Counted from the first letter of the stretch, positions 1 to 9,437 are shown. The stretch is 14,076 nt of DNA from a candidate division WOR-3 bacterium (GCA_039801885.1 JBDRVN010000044.1:1-14076); one strand, 5' to 3'. Numbers and translations are program-made. The notes: generated from the letters alone by a model not told the origin.

Positions 1-468
1 TTTCCTTTGTTATTTCTTTCTCTTCATTTATACCTGTGCCATAAAATTGATAAATTTGGAAGCCAAAATAGCCATCAGCAGTATAAATATAAGGTTCAAC
101 TACAAAAATATCATTACTAAAACCCGGTGTATTATAGTAACCAATTTCATAAGGATTAATGGGGTCGCTCACATTAATAACTTTTATTCCCATTTCACCG
201 CAAGCAATATAGGCATAAAAATTGGAAACAGAAATTCCCAACATTCGTTGGGTATGAAATACTCACCCACAAGTAGGGGCATTTGAGGATTAGAAATATT
301 AATAATCCTTAATCCACTATCACCATCGGCAACATAAGCATAATTATTGACAATAAAAAGAGAATCGGCAAAACCCGGAGTGTTATAATAACCAATAAGT
401 CTCACATTTAAAGATTTAGCAAAAAGAGAAAAGATTAAAAATATTAATAACAAAATTATTTTCCGCAC
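1..468 (-). pseudogene. Secreted LVIVD-repeat protein, frameshifted near 237-243 (true pseudogene or sequencing error); 3' end runs off the window
   Basis: GTG start at 468 follows AAGGAGGGG and encodes a signal peptide (MRKIILLLIFLIFSLFA), then an LVIVD-type repeat (IGYYNTPGFADSLFIVNNYAYVADGDSGLRIINISNP). The ORF stops at 184, but the shifted frame from 238 continues GISVSNFYAYIACGEMGIKVINVSDPINPYEIGYYNTPGFSNDIFVVEPYIYTADGYFGFQIYQFYGTGINEEKEITKE with no stop to the window edge. Confidence 0.85.
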
Positions 469-470
469 AT

Positions 471-480
471 TCCCCTCCTT
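471..480 (-). promoter_or_regulatory. Shine-Dalgarno site of the LVIVD-repeat gene
   Basis: Minus strand reads AAGGAGGGGA-AT-GTG. Confidence 0.75.
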
Positions 481-486
481 TTTAAA

Positions 487-1197
487 TTAAATTATCTCTT
501 CAAATAAATAAAATCCTGATTTTTGTTTAACTAAAAATCTTATTCCATAAATAACACCGTTAGCAAAGGCAAAACGAGAAAGGGCATTATGGGTGATTTC
601 AATAACTTCACCATTGGTAGCAAAAATTAAAGTATGCTTACCAATAATATCACCAAATCTTAAAGAGATTGTCTTTATCTCTTTATCTTTTCTTTCTTTG
701 ATAATTTCAACCATTCTTTTTGCTGTTCCCGAAGGCGCATCTTTTTTCTCTTTATGATGGGTTTCAATTAAAGTAATATCATAATTATCAGGAAGGATTT
801 TTATTATCTCTTTTAAAATTTTAAAAATGAAATTAATGCCAAAAGAATAATTGGAAGAATAGAGGAGAGGAATTTCTTTGCCTGCAGATTTTAAAATTTC
901 CATTTCTTCTTTTGTAAAGCCGGTGGTTCCTATCAAAAATGGTTTTTTTGCTTTTTTTATAATTTCTAAATGTTCTAAAGTTGCCTGAGGATTTGTAAAC
1001 TCTACACAGATGTCGCATTCATTTATAACTCTTTCTAAATTACTTAGAAGATAGCCATCATAAAAATGTTTATTCAAATCTGGATGGTCTTCTCTTTCAA
1101 TTCCATAAATAATTTTCATATCCCTTTCTTTACTTATTGCTTCTCCCAAAACCTTTCCCATTTTTCCTAAAGCACCAATGAGGATAACTTTTATCAT
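487..1197 (-). CDS. dapB: 4-hydroxy-tetrahydrodipicolinate reductase
   Basis: N-terminal Rossmann motif GALGKMG, the IGTTG motif, and the catalytic ETHHKEKKDAPSGTA motif. Its start overlaps the dapA stop (ATGA at 1194-1197). Confidence 0.96.
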   Translation of the reverse strand: MIKVILIGALGKMGKVLGEAISKERDMKIIYGIEREDHPDLNKHFYDGYLLSNLERVINECDICVEFTNPQATLEHLEIIKKAKKPFLIGTTGFTKEEMEILKSAGKEIPLLYSSNYSFGINFIFKILKEIIKILPDNYDITLIETHHKEKKDAPSGTAKRMVEIIKERKDKEIKTISLRFGDIIGKHTLIFATNGEVIEITHNALSRFAFANGVIYGIRFLVKQKSGFYLFEEII

Positions 1198-2069
1198 ATT
1201 AGATTTAACTCTTTCATTACTGATTTTAAATATTCTAAATTCTCTTTTGTCATTGGTGTTAAAGGTAATCTCAATTCACCAGCAGGCAAACTCATTAAAT
1301 TCATTGCGGTCTTAATTGGAATTGGGTTTGTTTCAATAAATAATGCCTTCATCAGTTTAAAATATCTTAAATGAATTTTTTGGGCTTCTCTAATATTGCC
1401 TTCCAAGAAATTTTTAACCAATAAATGAGTTTCTTTTGGTAAAATATTAGCCAAAACAGAAATTACACCTTTACCGCCAAGAGAAAGAATTGGCAGAGTT
1501 AATGAATCATCACCAGAAAAAACAATAAAATTATTTCCTAATCCTGAAATAATTTCTGAAACCTGGTCTAAATTTCCCGATGCTTCTTTTATACCAATAA
1601 TATTTTTACAATCAGAAACAAGCCTTTCTAATGTTTTTGGTAAGATATTTACACCCGTTCGGGAAGGAATATTATAAAGAATAATTGGTATTTTTACACT
1701 TTGGCTAACTTCTTTAAAATGTTGATATAAACCTTCTTGGGTTGGTTTGTTATAATAAGGTGCAACAACTAAACAGGCATCAGCACCGAGTTTTTCAGCT
1801 AACACCGTATATTTTATTGTTTTTTTAGTATTATTCGTTCCGGTTCCAACAATTACCGGTTTTCTTTTATTCACAAATTCAATTGTTGTTTTTACTATTT
1901 CTATCCACTCGTCCTCTTCTAAAGAAGGTGTTTCACCAGTTGTCCCACAAGGGAGAAAACCATCGGTATCATTTTCTAATTGAAATTGAAGAATTTTCTT
2001 TAAACCTTCAATATCTAATTTACCATTTTTAAATGGCGTAATTAAGGCAACTACCGAACCACTAAACAT
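1194..2069 (-). CDS. dapA: 4-hydroxy-tetrahydrodipicolinate synthase
   Basis: ALITPF, GTTGE, PYYNKP, LYNIPSRTG, Schiff-base Lys in GIKEASG, SGDD and ETNPIPIK motifs. SD AAGGAGG lies upstream and dapB is adjacent. Confidence 0.97.
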   Translation of the reverse strand: MFSGSVVALITPFKNGKLDIEGLKKILQFQLENDTDGFLPCGTTGETPSLEEDEWIEIVKTTIEFVNKRKPVIVGTGTNNTKKTIKYTVLAEKLGADACLVVAPYYNKPTQEGLYQHFKEVSQSVKIPIILYNIPSRTGVNILPKTLERLVSDCKNIIGIKEASGNLDQVSEIISGLGNNFIVFSGDDSLTLPILSLGGKGVISVLANILPKETHLLVKNFLEGNIREAQKIHLRYFKLMKALFIETNPIPIKTAMNLMSLPAGELRLPLTPMTKENLEYLKSVMKELNLI

Positions 2070-2108
2070 TTTAACCCTCCTTTTGTAAATTAAAAGTAAT
2101 TTATACTG

Positions 2109-3938
2109 TTACTGAGAACTTTTTATAATTTCATCTATTTCTTCACCGGTAAGAATTTCTTTTTCTAATAGTTTATTAGCAATTTTATGAAGTAATTGCT
2201 CATTATTTTTAACAATTTCTAATGCCTTTTTATGAGCATTTTCCACAAAACTTTTAATCTCTTCATCTATAATTTGAGCAGTTTCTTCAGAAATATTTCT
2301 GTGGAGACCAAATTCTCTTCCTAAAAATATTTCTTCGTCTCTTTTCCCTAATGTTAAAGGTCCTAATCTTTCGCTCATTCCCCATTCACAAACCATCATT
2401 CTTGCCAATTGAGTTGCTTTATCAATATCATCACGAGAACCGGTTGAAATATCACCAAAAACTATTTCTTCCGCTGCTCGGCCACCAAGCATAACTGATA
2501 ATTGGTTTACACAATAAGTTTTTGAATAAATTCTTCGGTCATCTATCGGCAATTGTTGGGTTACTCCCAATGCTCTTCCACGAGGAATAATTGTGACTTT
2601 ATGAATCGGATCAGTTCCAGGAATTAATTTAGAGACTAAAGCATGACCAGCTTCGTGATAAGCAATCCATTTCTTTTCCTGTTCAGAAATTAAGAGACTT
2701 CTTCTCTCTACTCCCATTAGCACTTTATCTTTTGCATCTTCAAAATCCTGCATTGTCACTTTTTCTCTTCCTTTTCGGGCAGCAAGCAAAGCCGCCTCAT
2801 TTACCATATTTGCCAAATCAGCGCCGGAAAAACCTGGAGTGCTTCTTGCTAAGACTTTTAAATCTACATCCTTATCTAACGGAACTTTTTTTGTGTGGAC
2901 TTTTAAAATTTCTTCTCTTCCTTTTACATCCGGCCGGTCAACAACAATCTGTCTATCAAATCTACCTGGTCTCAAAAGGGCTGGGTCCAAAATATCTGGC
3001 CGATTAGTAGCAGCCATTATAATTATTCCTTCGGTGGTATCAAAACCATCCATTTCGGCAAGTAGTTGGTTTAAAGTTTGTTCTCTTTCGTCATGACCAC
3101 CACCAATTCCCGCGCCTCTTTGTCTACCCACAGCATCAATTTCGTCAATAAAAATAATACACGGAGCATTCTTTTTTGCTTGTTCAAATAAATCTCTCAC
3201 TCGGGCAGCGCCTACACCAACAAACATTTCTACAAACTCTGAACCAGAAATAGAAAGGAATGGAACCCCTGCTTCACCAGCAACTGCTTTTGCTAATAAA
3301 GTTTTTCCGGTTCCGGGTGGTCCCACCAATAATACTCCTTTAGGAATCCTTCCACCCAATTTTTGAAATTTAGCCGGTGCTTTGAGAAACTCAATAACTT
3401 CTTTTAACTCTTCTTTTGCTTCCTCTACGCCGGCAACATCTTCAAAGGTTACTCTTGGCTTGCTTTCATTTAAGATCTTTGCTCGGCTTTTACCAAAAGT
3501 AAATGCGCGGTCCTGACCCGAAGTAACTCTTCGGAAAAAAAGCATCATTAAAAAGATAAAGAAAAGCCAAGGTAAAATTCCTAAAATAATATTAGAAATA
3601 TTAGAAGGAGGTTTGGCAATTACTTCTGCTTTATTCTTTACTAATTTTTCAATTATTTGGGGATCAGGAAAGGGTAAATAGGTTTTGAACTCTTTGTATT
3701 TTCTTTTTTCGCCTTCTAAGGAAATCGGTTCACGAAAAGTTCCGCTAATTTCTTTATCAACCAAAATCACACTTTCAATGTTTCCCCTTTCCACTTCTAT
3801 TAAAAAACGAGAGTAATCAATGTTTGCTTTAGGTGATTTAATATTAAAAAGACTAAAAGCCAACCAGACAATAATAATGATGAATAGCCAAACAATAATT
3901 TGTCCAGTTATTAATTTTGGTAAATTGGATTTCGCCAT
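2109..3938 (-). CDS. ftsH: ATP-dependent zinc metalloprotease FtsH
   Basis: Two N-terminal TM segments, Walker A GPPGTGKT, Walker B IIFIDEID, pore motif FVG, second region of homology [20 protein letters not shown], and zinc motif HEAGH. Confidence 0.98.
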   Translation of the reverse strand: MAKSNLPKLITGQIIVWLFIIIIVWLAFSLFNIKSPKANIDYSRFLIEVERGNIESVILVDKEISGTFREPISLEGEKRKYKEFKTYLPFPDPQIIEKLVKNKAEVIAKPPSNISNIILGILPWLFFIFLMMLFFRRVTSGQDRAFTFGKSRAKILNESKPRVTFEDVAGVEEAKEELKEVIEFLKAPAKFQKLGGRIPKGVLLVGPPGTGKTLLAKAVAGEAGVPFLSISGSEFVEMFVGVGAARVRDLFEQAKKNAPCIIFIDEIDAVGRQRGAGIGGGHDEREQTLNQLLAEMDGFDTTEGIIIMAATNRPDILDPALLRPGRFDRQIVVDRPDVKGREEILKVHTKKVPLDKDVDLKVLARSTPGFSGADLANMVNEAALLAARKGREKVTMQDFEDAKDKVLMGVERRSLLISEQEKKWIAYHEAGHALVSKLIPGTDPIHKVTIIPRGRALGVTQQLPIDDRRIYSKTYCVNQLSVMLGGRAAEEIVFGDISTGSRDDIDKATQLARMMVCEWGMSERLGPLTLGKRDEEIFLGREFGLHRNISEETAQIIDEEIKSFVENAHKKALEIVKNNEQLLHKIANKLLEKEILTGEEIDEIIKSSQ

Positions 3939-5287
3939 TTTAAAATCTTTACTTTTAAAACTTTTTTAGTATTTTTTTTAATTAAAGCCCGGTAGGCACG
4001 GTAAACACCCAAAATCCACAGAATACCTTTTTGGTCACATAATATAGGAAGATTATCTCTTACTATTTTCGGAATTTTCATATCAATAAAAAGTTTTTTA
4101 ATCTTTTTCTTTCCATTTTTAATTTTAATAATATCACCCTTTTTTCTAAATCTAATGAATAATGGTAACTTAATATCATCCTTATCAAAATATTCACAAT
4201 TATTATAATCAAATTCCTTGATTTTTTCAATATTTATAACCTTACAAGTCAATTTTAAATTAATTTTTTTAAAGTTGTTTAACTTTTTTAATTTTATTTT
4301 AAATATCTCTTTTTTCTTTTTTTCTTCTCTTTTACTAATTCTTAAATATTCATAATCATTATAAATAATATCGTTTTCCCTTTCTATTTTTTTACCAATC
4401 TGCCTTTTAAGTAGATTAATTATATTTTCAATTTGCCAAAAGGAAGCATCAGGAAATAGTTTCTTTAATACTCTTCTTTTTAGGACTAAAGTCAGAGGAA
4501 TAAAATCTTTTTTTGGAATAAGAATATCTTCATTTTGTTTTTTTATTAAAGAATTAAAAATCCTATTGGTTTCTTTTTCTAAATATTCATTTTCCGCAAG
4601 AAGAATTTCGCTTATCTGTCTAAAAGTTTTTTCCAAGTTAGGATTTAATTTTTTCAAATTGGGGATAATGATATTTCTTAAATAATTTCTGGGGATTTTT
4701 AAATCTTGATTAGTGGAGTCTTCTACATAAACAAGATTATTTCCTTTTAAAAACAACAAAACTTCTTCGGTTGTTAAATCAATCAGTGGGCGGATGATTT
4801 TATCTCTTTTTGGTAGAATACCGGCAATTCTTCCTAAGGATTGACCATAAATTAAAGAAAGCAAAATTGTTTCTACATTATCCGAAGCGGTATGCGCCAA
4901 AGCTACTTTTTGACATTTTTCTTTTTCGGCAATTTTTTCATAGTAATAATATCTTAATCTGTGACCGACTTCTTCAATACTTAAATTATGTTTTTGACTG
5001 TATTTTTTAATGTCCCTTCTTTTAACAATTATCGGAATATTTAATTTCTTACAAAATTTCTTACAAAATTCTTCGTCCCTTTTTGCTTCGTTGCCTCTTA
5101 ATAAGTGATTAAGATGAAAAGCAATTAAATTTAAGTGATATTTTTCTTTTAATAAATAAAAAATATAAAGAAGACAAACCGAATCTTTTCCACCGGAAAA
5201 ACCAACCAAAACATTATCGCCTTTCTCTAACAGTTGATATTTTTTAATTGTTTTTTCTACTTTCTCTAAAATCTTATTTTTTTTCAT
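3911..5287 (-). CDS. tilS: tRNA(Ile)-lysidine synthetase
   Basis: PP-loop [37 protein letters not shown]...RNYLR and a C-terminal TilS_C-like region ([10 protein letters not shown]...R..LPIL). It sits in the classic position upstream of ftsH. Confidence 0.96.
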   Translation of the reverse strand: MKKNKILEKVEKTIKKYQLLEKGDNVLVGFSGGKDSVCLLYIFYLLKEKYHLNLIAFHLNHLLRGNEAKRDEEFCKKFCKKLNIPIIVKRRDIKKYSQKHNLSIEEVGHRLRYYYYEKIAEKEKCQKVALAHTASDNVETILLSLIYGQSLGRIAGILPKRDKIIRPLIDLTTEEVLLFLKGNNLVYVEDSTNQDLKIPRNYLRNIIIPNLKKLNPNLEKTFRQISEILLAENEYLEKETNRIFNSLIKKQNEDILIPKKDFIPLTLVLKRRVLKKLFPDASFWQIENIINLLKRQIGKKIERENDIIYNDYEYLRISKREEKKKKEIFKIKLKKLNNFKKINLKLTCKVINIEKIKEFDYNNCEYFDKDDIKLPLFIRFRKKGDIIKIKNGKKKIKKLFIDMKIPKIVRDNLPILCDQKGILWILGVYRAYRALIKKNTKKVLKVKILKWRNPIYQN

Positions 5288-5294
5288 ACGAAAT

Positions 5295-5323
5295 ATTTTA
5301 TGAAGAAAAAATTAACTTTTCAA
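5295..5323 (-). promoter_or_regulatory. Putative sigma70-type promoter for tilS (leaderless)
   Basis: Minus strand TTGAAA (5323-5318), a 17-nt spacer, then TAAAAT (5300-5295). The ATG follows after 7 nt with no SD. Confidence 0.55.
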
Positions 5324-5366
5324 ATATTTTGTTGACAATAAAAAAAATGATTAAACTCAGATTTTT

Positions 5367-8090
5367 TTATCTAACAATAGTAATTTTGGTAATAAGACTT
5401 CTTTTATTGGTTACTAATTTTAAGAAATATATTCCCGAATTAATATTTTGAATAGGAAGTTTTATCTGATGACCACCAGCTTCATATTTACTAATTACCG
5501 ATTTTATCATCTTTCCGGAGATATCTAAAAGTTCAAGTTTAATATCATCTTCTTTTTCTAAAAAGAATTTTATTAAAACATAGTGTTTTATTAAATTTGG
5601 ATAGACTTTCAAATCAAATTTTTGGGTATTTTCCCTTTCTTTAACTTCTGGACTTGGCCCGGGATAAAAGGCACCAAATACTTTTTTAACACCAAATAAA
5701 GAAACATAACCAGAAAAAGTGAGCAAAAGCTGGTTATCCAAACCTTTAACTAAATGAGGGGAAGAACGGGTTTCTTCTTGATTGATAAGTTCAATACCTT
5801 GGGGATCAAGAACAATACCTTGAGATGTTACTCTTGCGCCATAAATATCACCATTTATGTTACGCCAATCGGTCCAGATTACGAAATAATTTATTCCGTC
5901 ATAAGTTAATGATGGCTCTATTTGATCAAAATCAGCTGTAGAGATTGGGATTCCTTGTGGTTCAAGAACATTGCCATTAGGATTTATTCTTGTTCCATAA
6001 ATATCAAAATACCAATCACCGTCTCGATCATCTACCCAAACAACAAGATAGTTATTTCCATCAAAAGTGATTTTTGGATACCATTGTTCATATTCGGCTG
6101 TTGAAATAGGAATTCCTTCCGGCTCGAGAACAATTCCGCTAGGTGTTACTCGCGAACCATAGATATCAAAATTTTCGCCGTTTCGATTATCATCCCAAAC
6201 TACTAAATAGTTATTTCCATCAAATGCTACACTTGGCTCCCATTGCTCATTAATAGCAGTAGAAATTGGAATGCCTTCAGGATCAAGAACAATACCTTGT
6301 TGAGTAACCCGAGCACCATAAATATCAGACCAACCACTACGAAAATCTTGCCAAACAACTAAATAATTATTTCCATCAAATGCTAAAGAAGGCGAAATTT
6401 GGTCAATTTCCGCAGTAGAAATTGGAATGCTATTGGTATCTAACACAACTCCTTGTGGCGTTATTCTTGTTCCGTAAATATCAGCTTCGCCATTACGGTA
6501 GTCTGTCCAAACTATCAGATAGTTTGTTCCATCAAAAGCAATAGCTGGTGATATTTGATAATTTTCTGTGTTACAAATAACAATGCCTTCTGGGTCAAGG
6601 ATTCTACCATCAGAAGTAACTCTGGCACCGTAGATATCGGCTTCACCATTACGATAATCTTCCCACACAACAAAATAATTTCGACCATCAAAAGCAACTT
6701 TCGGAAAAAGTTGTTCGGGACTACTATAACCGTAATCTAAAAGAATTCCGTTTGTATCAAGAACTATTCCAGAAGTTGTCATTCTTGCACCGTAAATGTC
6801 CGAGTGAATGTATCGGTAATCAGACCAGGTAATAAAATAATTATTACTATCAAAAGAAATCGATGGTAACCCTTGCTCAGATTCATAAGTAGAAATTGGA
6901 ATACCTTCGGGATCTAAGACAATACCATTAGGAGTTACTCGACTACCATAAATATCATATTCCCAACCTGAACGGTAATCACTCCAAACTACTAAATAAT
7001 TTGTACCATCAAATTTTATAGTTGGTATAGCACTTAGATATTGGGAAATCTGGATACCATCTGGATCAAGAACAACTCCATTAGTACTCACTCTTGCCCC
7101 ATAAATTCGGAAATCTTCAGTTATTTCTCGATCGTCATACCAAACGACAAAAAAGTTGTTACCATCAAAACTGACTTGAGGTAAATATTGGTTATTTCCA
7201 GCTGAAGAAATTTGAATTCCATTTGTATCAATAATTATACCATTGGTTGTTAACCTCGCACCATAAATATCAAAATACCAATCGCCATCTCGATCATCCA
7301 TCCAGACTAAAAAATAATTTTGACCATCAAAAGCAATGCCACGGAAGATTATTTGGTAAAAAGGAGCGGTAGAAATAGGGATACCGTTTGGGTCAAGGAC
7401 AATTCCGTTAGTGGTAACTCGGGCAGCATAAATATCAGTTTCTTCAATATTATTTCGACAGTCATTCCAAGCTACTAAATAATTTATTCCATCAAAACAT
7501 ATCGCCGGTAGAGTTTGGTCAAAAAGAGCCGTGGAAATTGGAAAACCTTCTGGATCAAGAACAATTCCTTCTGGACTAACTCTTGCTCCGTAGATATCGG
7601 CTTCTATATTACGCCAATCTTCCCAGACAACCAAATAATTTGTGCCGTCAAAAGCAACCGCCGGATACATTTGAACCTCATAAGTAGTGCAAATAGGAAT
7701 TCCAAAGGTATCTAATAAAATTCCGTCTAAGGTAATTCTTGCGCCATAAATATCACCGCCCCTTCGCCAGTCATGCCAGACAACAAAATAATTTGTGCCA
7801 TCAAAAGCAATTGAAGAAAATTCTTGGTCAGAAGGAGCAGGTCCAAAAATTCGAGTGGTATCTAATAAAAATTCTTCTAATAAACAATTCTTCTGAGATT
7901 GATAATATTTTTTTAGCTCTTTTCTTGCCAATAATGAAAAAGGAGAAAAGAATTTTTTATTTAAAGAATGGGTGAATTCTTTTCTTTTAAGAAAATCTCT
8001 TTTTATTAGATAAGAATTTTTAGAAGATCTTTCGAATTTAAAAGGAATAGTTAAAGTAAAAACTATTAAATAAATTAATAAATTTCCCAT
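5367..8090 (-). CDS. Secreted tandem-repeat (beta-propeller-like) protein with a C-terminal T9SS type-A-like sorting domain
   Basis: Hydrophobic N-terminus and SD GGAGGAGG. There are 13 full repeats of about 51-55 aa (QxxPxxAFDGxNYLVVWxDxRxxxxDIYGARVTxxGIVLDPxGIPIST) plus one degenerate repeat. The C-terminus LKVYPN...LLDISGKMIK...INSGIYFLKL...TKITIVR is typical of Por/T9SS CTDs. Confidence 0.85.
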   Translation of the reverse strand: MGNLLIYLIVFTLTIPFKFERSSKNSYLIKRDFLKRKEFTHSLNKKFFSPFSLLARKELKKYYQSQKNCLLEEFLLDTTRIFGPAPSDQEFSSIAFDGTNYFVVWHDWRRGGDIYGARITLDGILLDTFGIPICTTYEVQMYPAVAFDGTNYLVVWEDWRNIEADIYGARVSPEGIVLDPEGFPISTALFDQTLPAICFDGINYLVAWNDCRNNIEETDIYAARVTTNGIVLDPNGIPISTAPFYQIIFRGIAFDGQNYFLVWMDDRDGDWYFDIYGARLTTNGIIIDTNGIQISSAGNNQYLPQVSFDGNNFFVVWYDDREITEDFRIYGARVSTNGVVLDPDGIQISQYLSAIPTIKFDGTNYLVVWSDYRSGWEYDIYGSRVTPNGIVLDPEGIPISTYESEQGLPSISFDSNNYFITWSDYRYIHSDIYGARMTTSGIVLDTNGILLDYGYSSPEQLFPKVAFDGRNYFVVWEDYRNGEADIYGARVTSDGRILDPEGIVICNTENYQISPAIAFDGTNYLIVWTDYRNGEADIYGTRITPQGVVLDTNSIPISTAEIDQISPSLAFDGNNYLVVWQDFRSGWSDIYGARVTQQGIVLDPEGIPISTAINEQWEPSVAFDGNNYLVVWDDNRNGENFDIYGSRVTPSGIVLEPEGIPISTAEYEQWYPKITFDGNNYLVVWVDDRDGDWYFDIYGTRINPNGNVLEPQGIPISTADFDQIEPSLTYDGINYFVIWTDWRNINGDIYGARVTSQGIVLDPQGIELINQEETRSSPHLVKGLDNQLLLTFSGYVSLFGVKKVFGAFYPGPSPEVKERENTQKFDLKVYPNLIKHYVLIKFFLEKEDDIKLELLDISGKMIKSVISKYEAGGHQIKLPIQNINSGIYFLKLVTNKRSLITKITIVR
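5661..7829 (-). repeat. Intragenic tandem repeat array (about 155-165-bp units, 13 full + 1 degenerate)
   Basis: Recurring + strand motifs such as ccatcaaa and ccataaatatc mirror the protein repeats. Confidence 0.9.
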
Positions 8091-8111
8091 TTCCTCCTCC
8101 TTTTAAATTTT

Positions 8112-9437
8112 CTATTTTAAAAATACCTCTTTTAGACTATTTTCTAAAATTTCCAAACCAACACTTGCTTCTTCTTTAGTAATAATTAGTGGTGGAGCAA
8201 TACGGATCGTTGAGATTCCACAAGGAAGAATAAGTAATCCTTTTTCAAAGGCTTTCAGAATAACTGTTTGAATTTTCTCCGGCACAGGCTTTTTGGAGAT
8301 TTTATCTTCAACTAATTCAATACCAATCATTAATCCCTTGCCACGAACCTCGCCAATAAAGTCATATTCTTCTTGCCATTTTTCTAAGTTTTTTATAATA
8401 AATTTACCGACTTTTTCAGCATTTTCTATAAGACCATTTTCTAAAAGTTCAATTGTTGCCATCGCGGCAGCGCAGGCAATCGGATTGCCGCCAAAAGTAG
8501 AAGCATGACTCCCTGGTTTCCAATTCATTATTGAAGAACGGGCAATAATCGCACCCAAAGGAAGTCCAGAAGCAATACCTTTTGCCAAGTAATAGATATC
8601 GGCAAAAACTCCCCAATGCTCTAAGGCAAACATTTTTCCAGTTCTTCCCATTCCTGATTGGACTTCGTCGGCAACAAAGAGTATTTCGTATTTCTCACAT
8701 AATTTCTTTAATTCCTGAAAATAACTATCGGGCGGCACAATATAACCACCTTCGCCTTGAATTGGTTCAACAAAAATTGCTGCTACTTCTTCTGGTGGCA
8801 ATACTTTTTTAAAAATTTCTTCTTCAATATATTTTACACAATAAAAATTACAACTGGGATGCTCTAAATTAAAAACACAACGATAGCAATAGGGATAGGG
8901 AATATGAAAAACACCGGGCAAAAGAGGAGCAAAACCTTTCTTTTGGATAAATTTGCTTCCAGTAAGTGATAAAGCACCTAATGTTCTGCCGTGAAAAGAG
9001 CCCAAAAAAGAGATAAGATATGGTCTTTTAGTATAATATCTCACAAGTTTGATACTTCCTTCGGTTGCTTCAGCACCGGAATTACAGAAAAATACTTTTT
9101 TGTTCATCCCACCAGGAGTTATTTCAACAAGTTTTTCGGCTAAGATTGTTTGATAAGGATAATAAAAATCAGTTCCGGAATAATGAAATAATTTTTCTAT
9201 CTGTTTTTTCACTGCTTCCACTACTTTTGGATGACAATGTCCACTAGCACAGACGGCAATTCCGGCATTAAAATCAAGGAATTTGTTTCCATCAACATCC
9301 CAGACCCAAACACCTTCTCCTCTTTCAATTACTGCTGGATAAACACGGGTATAAGAAGGTGAAATATATTTTTTATCTTTTCTTAAATATTTTAATGCCT
9401 TGGGACCGGGTAATTTTGTAATGATTTTTGGACGCAT
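8112..9437 (-). CDS. Class-III PLP-dependent aminotransferase (GabT/ArgD/ornithine omega-aminotransferase-like)
   Basis: DVDGNKFLDF, NSGAEA, SFHGRT, EPIQGEGG, ADEVQSGMGRTG, PLP-lysine in LAKGIASGLP, and STFGGNP. The N-terminal LPGPKA extension is typical of the GabT-like subgroup. SD AAGGAG. Substrate cannot be assigned from sequence alone. Confidence 0.9.
   Translation of the reverse strand: MRPKIITKLPGPKALKYLRKDKKYISPSYTRVYPAVIERGEGVWVWDVDGNKFLDFNAGIAVCASGHCHPKVVEAVKKQIEKLFHYSGTDFYYPYQTILAEKLVEITPGGMNKKVFFCNSGAEATEGSIKLVRYYTKRPYLISFLGSFHGRTLGALSLTGSKFIQKKGFAPLLPGVFHIPYPYCYRCVFNLEHPSCNFYCVKYIEEEIFKKVLPPEEVAAIFVEPIQGEGGYIVPPDSYFQELKKLCEKYEILFVADEVQSGMGRTGKMFALEHWGVFADIYYLAKGIASGLPLGAIIARSSIMNWKPGSHASTFGGNPIACAAAMATIELLENGLIENAEKVGKFIIKNLEKWQEEYDFIGEVRGKGLMIGIELVEDKISKKPVPEKIQTVILKAFEKGLLILPCGISTIRIAPPLIITKEEASVGLEILENSLKEVFLK

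Noticed and set aside
47..286. Plus-strand 79-aa ORF
   Set aside because: It is the antisense shadow of the LVIVD gene's shifted frame, with no SD and no recognisable motif.
2732..3096. Two plus-strand ORFs inside ftsH
   Set aside because: They are antisense shadows of a highly conserved gene and show no independent coding features.
5248..5451. Plus-strand 67-aa ORF spanning the tilS/propeller gap, and TTGACA at 5332-5337
   Set aside because: The ORF overlaps both genes antisense and is low-complexity. The nearest -10-like hexamer (TAAACT) is only 14 nt from TTGACA.
5661..7829. Periodic DNA repeats as a possible CRISPR array or DGR template/variable pair
   Set aside because: The repeats are degenerate, in frame and vary mostly at synonymous sites. 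There is no repeat-spacer structure, no adenine-specific mismatch pattern, and no cas or reverse transcriptase gene in the window.
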